This document shows, piece after piece, positions 26,614 through 34,957 of a stretch of DNA of 51,406 nucleotides. The notes below the pieces were generated by a model. That model did not search any database, had not been told where the DNA came from, and saw only the letters and a program-made list of their open reading frames with translations. The stretch spans positions 1-51,406 of the forward strand of contig JBOEGD010000023.1 of NCBI GenBank assembly GCA_050633245.1. Direction: 5' to 3'. Both the position numbers and the translations under genes were made by a program. Position 1 is the first letter of the stretch. The number at the start of each line of letters is the position of its first letter. Source of the DNA: Calditrichia bacterium (GTDB taxonomy: Bacteria > Calditrichota > Calditrichia > RBG-13-44-9 > J075).

Positions 26614-26718
26614 CAACTCTAATCATTCCTTGCATTTTCTGCTCTTAATAACTTAAGTTAAGGCCAATGCAGAGCAGATAATTCTTTATTCTTCAATATA
26701 TTTAAAAAATCACGCCTA

Positions 26719-27114
26719 ATGACCTATTTGCGTAGCAGAACCGCATTTCCCGCCGGATGTTTTGTCGTTCTTTTGACGGTTATGAACTTTAGCCCACTCA
26801 TCTATTTTACCGAATACTTAATCAACAATGATTACATAATGAATGAATTGTGTATAGAACGCAAGCAACCGACATCTTGTTGTAAGGGTAGATGCTACCT
26901 CGCGCGTCAGTTAGAACGAGCCTCTAATGGCAGCTCGCAAAATCAGCCCGAATCTCTAACGCTGAAATTGGCTGAATTGAATCTTCTTTCTCTGCTACAA
27001 GCTGCTGGAGAAATTCACTGCGACTTTAACATAGTAACATATTTTACCACTTCTTCTCAATTAAGTTTGCTCCATGTGTACTCCTCTCTTTTTCGACCGC
27101 CACAGCTTACCTGA
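26719..27114 (+). CDS. Small Cys-motif membrane-targeted protein with C-terminal FRPP; candidate regulatory uORF (functional analogue of DUF2946)
   Basis: Hydrophobic N-terminus, 'DYIMNELCIERKQPTSCCKGRCYL', ends 'LFRPPQLT'. Confidence 0.75.
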   Translation: MTYLRSRTAFPAGCFVVLLTVMNFSPLIYFTEYLINNDYIMNELCIERKQPTSCCKGRCYLARQLERASNGSSQNQPESLTLKLAELNLLSLLQAAGEIHCDFNIVTYFTTSSQLSLLHVYSSLFRPPQLT

Positions 27115-27222
27115 TTTTGTTCAAGATATTTCTCAACCACAATTATCAACATTATCAGTGCTGGTTCCGATGTGCTTATACCTGCGCTCGAGTCAGGATA
27201 ACTTTTAGAAAGAGGATTCCCC

Positions 27223-28242
27223 ATGTTTATTCGAATTATTGCAATTATTACCTGTTTAATTCTTTCCCTGAGTGCTCAAATGACCTCACATCATCATACT
27301 ATTGCACATGCACCGATTGGCGTTATGGCAGCGCATACCCATCACGCAGGAGCAGTGATGTTATCCTATCGTTATATGTATATGGGGATGACTGGTAGTT
27401 TAGACGGTAGTGAATCTCTGGAAGACGCATCGATTGTTGATCCGAACGGCTCAAACTTCATTGTAACACCGACAAAAATGCCGATGCAAATGCACATGCT
27501 TGGGGCAATGTATGCCCCGATTGAAAACCTGACTCTGATCTTGATGTTACCTGTTCTTTCCAATGAGATGGATCACCTGACTCGTTCCGGAGCAACTTTC
27601 ACCACAGCATCCTCTGGTTTGGGAGATGTTTCCCTAAGCGGGATGATTGTCTTACGACGCTTTGGTAATCAGCAGATTCATGTTACAGCAGGGGCCAGCT
27701 TCCCAACGGGTTCTCTTGAGGCAAAAGACGTAACGCCAGCCAGCGCTCCGAACGAATCTCTTCTCCCCTACCCCATGCAGCTTGGTTCTGGGACAATCGA
27801 TTTAAAACCCGGTCTTACCTATCTTGGTCAGCAGAACACCCTTTCATGGGGAGCACAAATTTCCGGTGCTTTTAGGCTGGGAGAAAATAGCGAAGACTAT
27901 ACCCTGGGCAATCGTCTTGAATTCACTTCATGGGGAGCGAAGATGTTCACTTCGTCATTTAGCGGATCCGTCCGAATTGCCTATAGTGCCTGGGGCGATA
28001 TTGATGGTGCAAACGCAGCATTTGCCGGCGCGGTTACCAACAGGTTTGTGCCGACAGTCTTTACTGATCTTCGTGGCGGAAAACGTCTTGATGGCGGTCT
28101 GGGAGTAAACTTCTCTTTTAGCGGTGCCTTGAGTGGTCTGCGCTTTGCTGTCGAGGGCTTGCTACCAGTGTACCAAAGTTTAGACGGTCCACAGCTTGAA
28201 ACCGACTTCACGCTAACCTCCGGTCTGCAATACGCTTTCTAA
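27223..28242 (+). CDS. Outer-membrane beta-barrel transporter with His/Met-rich N-terminus (putative metal uptake)
   Basis: Signal peptide; 'HHHTIAHAPIGVMAAHTHH', 'YRYMYMGM', 'MPMQMHMLGAM', 'SGLGDV', 'PYPMQLGSGT'; terminal 'LQYAF' beta-signal. Confidence 0.82.
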   Translation: MFIRIIAIITCLILSLSAQMTSHHHTIAHAPIGVMAAHTHHAGAVMLSYRYMYMGMTGSLDGSESLEDASIVDPNGSNFIVTPTKMPMQMHMLGAMYAPIENLTLILMLPVLSNEMDHLTRSGATFTTASSGLGDVSLSGMIVLRRFGNQQIHVTAGASFPTGSLEAKDVTPASAPNESLLPYPMQLGSGTIDLKPGLTYLGQQNTLSWGAQISGAFRLGENSEDYTLGNRLEFTSWGAKMFTSSFSGSVRIAYSAWGDIDGANAAFAGAVTNRFVPTVFTDLRGGKRLDGGLGVNFSFSGALSGLRFAVEGLLPVYQSLDGPQLETDFTLTSGLQYAF

Positions 28243-28248
28243 ATATTT

Positions 28249-28283
28249 TGCGAGCCTTTGAAACGCTTTATCAGAGGCTCGCA
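28249..28283 (+). terminator. Stem-loop after the beta-barrel gene (probable terminator or RNA stabiliser)
   Basis: TGCGAGCCTTTGA / TCAGAGGCTCGCA, 13-bp stem with one G-U pair; weak U-tract. Confidence 0.55.
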
Positions 28284-28441
28284 GCTTAAGATTACTTCCA
28301 ACCAGACTCGGCCTCGTTTTGTGTTTAACTGCCTTCATTATCATCCGATAATAATTTCATTTCAATGTTAGTGTCAGCTTTCATGAATGAAAGACTGCAA
28401 TAACAAATTCGTTTAAGTTCCCAAGCCTGCTTAGGAGTGCC

Positions 28442-29473
28442 ATGGACGTGCGCGTTAATAATCGCAAAGACCAGACGATTTTGCTGCTGAATATAAACAA
28501 CGAAGATACCCGCTTATTTAGCGGTTTAGTGAAAAAGAATTTAGACGTTTCCCGTCGGCTTTATGAATATCATGATTTGCCGGGCGCACTAAAAAAAATG
28601 CGGGCCACTGAAATAGGTTACATAGTGCTTGCAACACGTGGACAGCATACAAGACGCACTCAAATCTTACGAATTTTACGTCGTAACCATCCCAATTTAC
28701 CAGTCATCGCACTCTGCTTTGATAATACTGAAGAGCAGATTTCTCAACTGTTCGAAGCAGGAGCTCATGACGTCCTTTTTTATCAGGATCTCTCTGCTAC
28801 GCTATTAACCAAAACATTTTTGCATGTTCATCAGCGCCAGATGAATACGGTCGAAGCAGAACAAAACATTGAACTGGCAAATACGATCTCCAACAACCAA
28901 AGAGAAGGTATTTTGGTAATCAACGAAAAGACCTGTAATGTTCTTTTCTCTAACCCGGCTGCATGCAGGATGCTGAACACAACGAGTAGCAAACTACAGA
29001 GTAAGAAGTGCAACCTGAATTTCGAGCGAGAACAGGTAATCGAAATTGAAATCCCTCAGCAACCCAAAAACAAAGCTATTCTAATAAAGGCAACTGCCAT
29101 CGAATGGCGGGGTAAGACAGAGTTGCTGCTTTCAATGATTGAGTTAGATGAATGCAATAAGACCTCAAAGTTGCAGCATAAAGAGATTTATCTTAAATCG
29201 CTTCAGCAACTTTCAGGAACTATTTCACATGAGCTTGCTCAACCCATTCAGGTTATGAAGCTCATATGTGAAATATTGCGAAATGAGGGCGTAGATTTGA
29301 ACTATGTAGACAGATTGGATTCAAATTGTACTATCGTGAATGAACTGGTTCAAAAACTCCGTAGCGTAATAGAAATTCTGAACCAGTCTTATACCGATAA
29401 GGGAATTGGCGATATACGGGTCTCTTCCGCATTATTAGAAAAGCTCTCTATTTCAGCTGAGAAAGAATATTGA
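28442..29473 (+). CDS. Degenerate receiver - PAS - HisKA (DHp) protein lacking HATPase
   Basis: AGGAG RBS; REC-like 'LPVIAL...EAGAHDVLF'; PAS 'EGILVIN...FSNPAACRML'; 'ISHELAQPIQ'; ends with no G-boxes. Confidence 0.8.
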   Translation: MDVRVNNRKDQTILLLNINNEDTRLFSGLVKKNLDVSRRLYEYHDLPGALKKMRATEIGYIVLATRGQHTRRTQILRILRRNHPNLPVIALCFDNTEEQISQLFEAGAHDVLFYQDLSATLLTKTFLHVHQRQMNTVEAEQNIELANTISNNQREGILVINEKTCNVLFSNPAACRMLNTTSSKLQSKKCNLNFEREQVIEIEIPQQPKNKAILIKATAIEWRGKTELLLSMIELDECNKTSKLQHKEIYLKSLQQLSGTISHELAQPIQVMKLICEILRNEGVDLNYVDRLDSNCTIVNELVQKLRSVIEILNQSYTDKGIGDIRVSSALLEKLSISAEKEY

Positions 29474-32400
29474 CTAACGCAGGAGCATCATCTTTCGTGT
29501 TTGCACGAATTCGCCCGCTTTTAAGCGGAAGATGTAAACTCCGCTAGCGACCTGCTTATTGTTTTCAGCGCGACCATCCCATTTCACTGAATAATTTCCT
29601 GCTCCCTGCTTGCCACTTACCAAAGTTCGTATCTTTTGGCCAAGCAAGTTAAATATCGTTAACTCAACCCTTGCAGAGCTCTGCAAGTCATACCGAAGCG
29701 TCGTCTCGGGATTGAAGGGATTTGGATAGTTTGCGTGCAAATACGTAGTTGATGGAATCATTCCATCCTCATCACCGATGCCGGTTGGTCTGTCCATATA
29801 AACTTTGATGCCCCAGGAATCAAAGCTTCCGCTAAATGGGCCGAGTTCGTCGGAAACGGTGAGTATCCAATTTCCGTCAGGAAGAGCGCCTGAAAAACCT
29901 GATAGAAAATCCGGCGAGGGTTGAAAAGTGCCAACAACATCTTCATCTGGTCCAAAGGTTATATTTTCGATACTCAAAGCTGCTGCATCTTTCAACACAA
30001 TATCCGGATTATTTGCGCGACTACCCAAAGGATTAGCAGGATGTCCGGGACGATCAACGATCGTTGCAGAGGTTCCATCAGGAGCAGTTAAGACGAGCTT
30101 AAAATCTCCGGTATTTGTATGAGTCGCATTAAACCGAACGTCAAGGTTTCGAACATTCAGCGTTTCCGATGTGGATACCGAGATCGTATCACTTACCGAA
30201 ATTCCAAACTGCACAAACACTCCCGTAATTTTCGAGTATTCATAAAATTTTTCGATCATGAATTGATAAGGACCAACCCTCGTTTCATTGCCGGCGCCGG
30301 AGTTATCGACAGCAACGACCTCGTATTGTACGACGTCTCCGATGGTGACATCAGCGCCCGAGAACGGAAAGTTACCTGTCCAGCTACCACTACTCAGGTT
30401 CAGGTCGAAACTTTGAATTGTTCCCCCGTTAATAGTAAAATCGACACTGGCTCCGCCTAAACCGGTATTGTCTGTTGCCTGGGCCTCCACACGCAACGGA
30501 AGCTGTAGTATATTTGCCTCATCAATCGGCACATGTGAAATCATCGGAGGAATAGTATCGGGTCCGGTATAAAAGCTATAGTATTCTGCAGGCGCATTTG
30601 CCGGAGAAACTGCGGTAAAATCAAGCGAATCGCTAATGCTGATAAAATACGTTACGTTCCCGATAACACCGCTACCCGGAATCTCAGCTCGATGGCTGGC
30701 ACCAGAGCTGTTAGAGGTAAACACTTGCCTATCAGACAGATTTCCGTTTAATCCATAGTAGACAAAAAGTGAATCGTCGGTCAGTGGACTACTTCCTTGC
30801 GAGAAGTCTGCATCGACGATGTATGGTCCGATAAGATCTTCAGTGTCTTCCACCACCTCATGGACAATGGATGGGCCAAACGCAGATAGTGGAGACTCCC
30901 AAATACCACGCCCATAAGTTGCAGCGCGCAGCTTCTGCGACGCATAGTGAATTTCCAGTTCCTGCACAATGACATTTGGTAAATTCGTATTGTAAGCTTC
31001 CCAATCTCCTGTGCCCGGGCGACGATAATAGATACCGTTATCAGTTCCGACATATAGCGCATCATTAGCATTTTGTTGCTGCACCACGCAGTTTACCGGA
31101 ATATTTGGCAGGTTTCTCGAAATATTTGTCCAGCTTGCACCAGCATCAGTACTCTCAAAAACCTTATTGCCGTTGCTAAAACCTGAAAAGGTCGCCCACA
31201 CTTTATCGGGGTTCACGTTAGAAACCGCAACATAGGTAAGCGCTGCTGCTCCGGCAGGTAAACCAGAGGTAATGTTCGTCCAGTTTGCACCGCCATCCTG
31301 CGTTACGGATAAGCTGGACGTATAGCCGGCATAAATCGTTTGCGAACTGGATGGCGCAATTGCCAGAATAGTTAGGTTTGAGCCAAAAGGCTGCGAAATG
31401 GGTGACCATGAAGAACCACGATTCTCAGTCTTCCAAACACGCCGATATCCAGAGTAGAGCACCTCGGGATCTTCTGGATCAATCACATAAGGCGTAACCC
31501 ATGCTCCGCCTTCATTGATACCACTTGTTGCATCACTGAACGTCTCCCCGCCATCGAAGGAACGATTGATTCCTCCATTTTGGGTAGCACCATACATAAT
31601 GTCGGCATTGGAGTAATCCGTAACCGCTTCCATACCATCTGCACCGAGCACATGTGTCCAGGAACCACTTTTCAGCATGTTTGTGCCATTGTCTTGGGTT
31701 CCACCGATAATCAGACCGGCATCAACAGGAGAATTGCTAAAGCGATAAAACTGTGAGGTTTGTACACCGCGTGAACGCTCGGTCCAGCTAGTCCCATTGT
31801 CATTCGTCGACCACAATCCACCGTCGGAACCAGCGTAAAGTGCTGCACCACCGAGCGTTTCATGAAAGTCCAGACTGTGAATATCGGCATGAACATAAGC
31901 AATAGACTGCTCGGGATAAAACCAATAAGCGTTGATTGTCCAGGTAGTGCCGCCATCGAGAGACTTCCAGATGTTCACTCCACCGGAATAGAGTTCATCC
32001 GGATTTGAAGGAGAAACAGCAAGAGCAAGATCGTACCAGGCCTGCCCACCGCCCGTTGAGCCATCGGGGGCATAGCCTAAAATATTAGGTGTAGAAGAAC
32101 GCTGCGTAAAGCTGGCACCGCTGTCTTCCGAGCGAAAGACACCAAGGAAGCTCGCCGAGTTATTTCCGGCGAGTAAATAGACATAATCCGGATTTGCTGA
32201 AGTAACAGCAATTGCCAAACGTATAACGTTAAAGCTCGGTGGCGTTCCCTGGGTAATGGTCGAAAAACTATCTCCACCGTTAGTGGATCGTAAAAAAGAT
32301 GTTCCGGCAGCGTATACAATCGACGGATCGCCCGGTTTAAATTCAATGTCTTTCAAATTACCTGAAGCCCGCTGCGTCCAGCTTGCACCGGCATCCGTAG

Positions 32401-33148
32401 ATTTATGCACGCCATTATTGGTCGCGGCGATAAGTACGTCGGTATTGGAGGGATCGATAAGAATTTTGCTTATGCGACGCGTTTGAGAAATGTTCCAGTT
32501 CAGCCCGGTTGTCTGCCAGGTCGTTCCACCGTCCGTCGATCGCAAAACGCCGATACTATAGGTATCTCCGGCATCGCCGTCACCAGTGCCAATATAGATG
32601 ACATCTGTATTCGCAGGATCAATTGCAATTGCAGTTACACCAAGCACCGGTAGATTATCCGTCGTGGTTTCCCAGTTTTGTCCACCGTCCGTCGATCGCC
32701 AAAAGCCCCCTGACGGGGCACCAACATATAGTTTGTTGGGATTCTGGGGATCAACAGCCGAACAATTCACTCGACCAATACCGGGATTCCAACCATTTCC
32801 TTCATTCCACTGTGATGGCCCCAGAGGCTGCCAGTCCGCTTCGGAGGACGTTTTATTTGCCGCTGATTTCCAGGCACGCATTGATTTTGCCGTAGCATCA
32901 GGTCGAGGCATCTTACCCGTCGGGTAAACACGCGGTTCCATAAAGTATTCCCAGCGTTTAAACTGTTTCCAACCACTGCCTTTCGTAATTTCACGACCTT
33001 GCCAATAGGATTCGAAGGATTCCTGAATCTCATAGAAGTTCGCTTCCGGATCTTCCATTTGTTTAACCCAATCCTGAGCAAACAACGATGTTCCACAAAG
33101 AAAAAATCCGACTAATATACAATTGGCAAACAGCACTATGCGTTTCAT
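29474..33148 (-). CDS. Secreted BNR/VPS10-type beta-propeller protein (glycosyl-hydrolase-like) with P-proprotein-like domain and FlgD-Ig/T9SS-like CTD
   Basis: 'KQFKRWEYF', many Asp-boxes (STDGGQNW, STDGGTTW, STDAGASW), 'ATYGRGIW', 'HTNTGDFKLVLTAPDG...GNWILTVSD', 'NYPNPFNP...KMMLLR'. Confidence 0.9.
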   Translation of the reverse strand: MKRIVLFANCILVGFFLCGTSLFAQDWVKQMEDPEANFYEIQESFESYWQGREITKGSGWKQFKRWEYFMEPRVYPTGKMPRPDATAKSMRAWKSAANKTSSEADWQPLGPSQWNEGNGWNPGIGRVNCSAVDPQNPNKLYVGAPSGGFWRSTDGGQNWETTTDNLPVLGVTAIAIDPANTDVIYIGTGDGDAGDTYSIGVLRSTDGGTTWQTTGLNWNISQTRRISKILIDPSNTDVLIAATNNGVHKSTDAGASWTQRASGNLKDIEFKPGDPSIVYAAGTSFLRSTNGGDSFSTITQGTPPSFNVIRLAIAVTSANPDYVYLLAGNNSASFLGVFRSEDSGASFTQRSSTPNILGYAPDGSTGGGQAWYDLALAVSPSNPDELYSGGVNIWKSLDGGTTWTINAYWFYPEQSIAYVHADIHSLDFHETLGGAALYAGSDGGLWSTNDNGTSWTERSRGVQTSQFYRFSNSPVDAGLIIGGTQDNGTNMLKSGSWTHVLGADGMEAVTDYSNADIMYGATQNGGINRSFDGGETFSDATSGINEGGAWVTPYVIDPEDPEVLYSGYRRVWKTENRGSSWSPISQPFGSNLTILAIAPSSSQTIYAGYTSSLSVTQDGGANWTNITSGLPAGAAALTYVAVSNVNPDKVWATFSGFSNGNKVFESTDAGASWTNISRNLPNIPVNCVVQQQNANDALYVGTDNGIYYRRPGTGDWEAYNTNLPNVIVQELEIHYASQKLRAATYGRGIWESPLSAFGPSIVHEVVEDTEDLIGPYIVDADFSQGSSPLTDDSLFVYYGLNGNLSDRQVFTSNSSGASHRAEIPGSGVIGNVTYFISISDSLDFTAVSPANAPAEYYSFYTGPDTIPPMISHVPIDEANILQLPLRVEAQATDNTGLGGASVDFTINGGTIQSFDLNLSSGSWTGNFPFSGADVTIGDVVQYEVVAVDNSGAGNETRVGPYQFMIEKFYEYSKITGVFVQFGISVSDTISVSTSETLNVRNLDVRFNATHTNTGDFKLVLTAPDGTSATIVDRPGHPANPLGSRANNPDIVLKDAAALSIENITFGPDEDVVGTFQPSPDFLSGFSGALPDGNWILTVSDELGPFSGSFDSWGIKVYMDRPTGIGDEDGMIPSTTYLHANYPNPFNPETTLRYDLQSSARVELTIFNLLGQKIRTLVSGKQGAGNYSVKWDGRAENNKQVASGVYIFRLKAGEFVQTRKMMLLR

Positions 33149-33667
33149 GAACGCCTCCAGGGTATGGTCATAAAGGAAAAAGGCAACTAGGTGCTAAGAA
33201 AATACAAACAGAATATTCAGGTAACTGTAAGGATAGCTACAATGTAGACATAAGCCTGTCAGGCTTTATTGACAGGAGCGATATTCAAATGAAACAAACT
33301 GAGTCTGGCGTCTCGCCTGGTTTTTGAAATTTGCTTTATCCACTTCGCTATGAATTTATCGCTCTGAACCATCGGCGCTAGAAAAGAATAACATAAATGT
33401 GCATGTTCAAAAAGGCAACGAAAATACTCCACATTTATGGTCTTTACTGACATACAATTTGAGAAGCCTTGAAGGTGCACACAGATCAGCTATCAAATTT
33501 AACTGTTACACGACCTGGAGGAAGGATAAAGATTCAGTTTTATTGCTCGCAAAATACGCTGGCAAGAAACTCCTTCACAGCCACCCTACACAAATCACAT
33601 TACAAACTATTCTCCACGTTTAATTAAATCGTAACTGTTAACAATGTTCACCTATCGGGATATCGAA

Positions 33668-34957
33668 ATGAATCGCTCACTCTCTGTTTTTCTACTCTTG
33701 CTACCTCTACTATTGGTCCAGTGTGGATCTGACACAACCTCGAAAAGCCAACAGCCACATTTTGTTAAGCAGATAAAATGGATCGGCGAAGGCGTTTGGC
33801 TAAAAGCAGATACTCACATTCACTCAGACTTCACAGATGGCAAGCACAATATTGCCGAGGTAGTCAGTGAGGCCAAAGCCTACGGCTGTAACGTAATAGC
33901 AATTACAGATCACTCTGACTATGAAGATGATGCTGCTTCGAAAGAGTACTTCTCAGAAATAGCAATGGCTCGCGATCTAAACTCAGGAATGGTGATATTT
34001 GCCGGACTGGAATGGAATATTCCTCCATACGGCGGAGACGAGCACATGACTGTTTTACTGCCAAACACGCTGGCTGAAGCTCATCTTCCCGTGTTTAAGG
34101 AGCGGTTTGATGACTATAAACGAGACGTTACACCGGATTATCGCGAAGCACTGCAGTGGTTAAAGAAGGTTGCCCCTGAGGCAGTCCTCTTCCACAATCA
34201 TCCCAGCAGAAAAGACTCGCTGACCAAAATGAACGTAATGCAAATGAAGCAGTGGATGGACGTCAACGATTTGGTTGTCGGATTAAGCGGAGCTCCCGGA
34301 CATCAGATCGGCGGGAAAAAAGGAATTGGCTCCTACAGTTACGATCAACAGACTGTTGATCGTTGGGATCCTGCCGTCGCGATCATTGGCGACGCATGGG
34401 ATGTGCTTCTTGCTCAAGGGAAAATGGTGTGGGCTGCACGCGCAGCATCAGACTTTCATAAGACAAGAGCAAAGAACGCGGCAGACTATTGGCCGGGGCA
34501 ATTTTCAGAGACATGGATTTACGCTCCGGAGCACAGTGAAAAAGGCGTGCTTAAAGCCCTGCGAGCCGGTTCGTTCTTTGCAGCGCATGGACATATTGCC
34601 AGAGAAGTTCAACTGAATGTTTCGACGGAGGGCTTATCTCGTGCAGCGGAAGCAGGAGAGATTATTTCCGTTCCGACGGGCACCACGTTGGACATCTTGC
34701 TAAAACTGAATATCCCTGATGCCGACTGGCAGGGCTTGCCAAATAGAATAGATGAGGTGGAGATTATCGCTGTTACTGAGAGAGGAAGTGCTAAGGTAAT
34801 CGCACATGGAAGCCCTGATAGTGGTAAATTTACTACATCAATGATTGTTAGCGATAGCGGAGTTGTTCTTCGCGCCAGGGGTAGGCGTCTTATGCCGGAC
34901 GAACCGGATCTGCTTTTTTATACAAATCCGGTGCGTGTAAACGTGCAGTTACCGTAG
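33668..34957 (+). CDS. PHP-domain phosphoesterase-like protein, probable lipoprotein
   Basis: 'DTHIHS', 'ITDH', 'GLEW', 'NHP', 'ASDFH'; signal peptide with LVQC; ATG 33668 (alternative 33644). Confidence 0.82.
   Translation: MNRSLSVFLLLLPLLLVQCGSDTTSKSQQPHFVKQIKWIGEGVWLKADTHIHSDFTDGKHNIAEVVSEAKAYGCNVIAITDHSDYEDDAASKEYFSEIAMARDLNSGMVIFAGLEWNIPPYGGDEHMTVLLPNTLAEAHLPVFKERFDDYKRDVTPDYREALQWLKKVAPEAVLFHNHPSRKDSLTKMNVMQMKQWMDVNDLVVGLSGAPGHQIGGKKGIGSYSYDQQTVDRWDPAVAIIGDAWDVLLAQGKMVWAARAASDFHKTRAKNAADYWPGQFSETWIYAPEHSEKGVLKALRAGSFFAAHGHIAREVQLNVSTEGLSRAAEAGEIISVPTGTTLDILLKLNIPDADWQGLPNRIDEVEIIAVTERGSAKVIAHGSPDSGKFTTSMIVSDSGVVLRARGRRLMPDEPDLLFYTNPVRVNVQLP

Noticed and set aside
29471-29476. TGA readthrough or frameshift restoring a HATPase domain
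   Set aside because: Downstream sequence is the antisense of the CTD of a convergent gene; I see no G-box motifs on the + strand.
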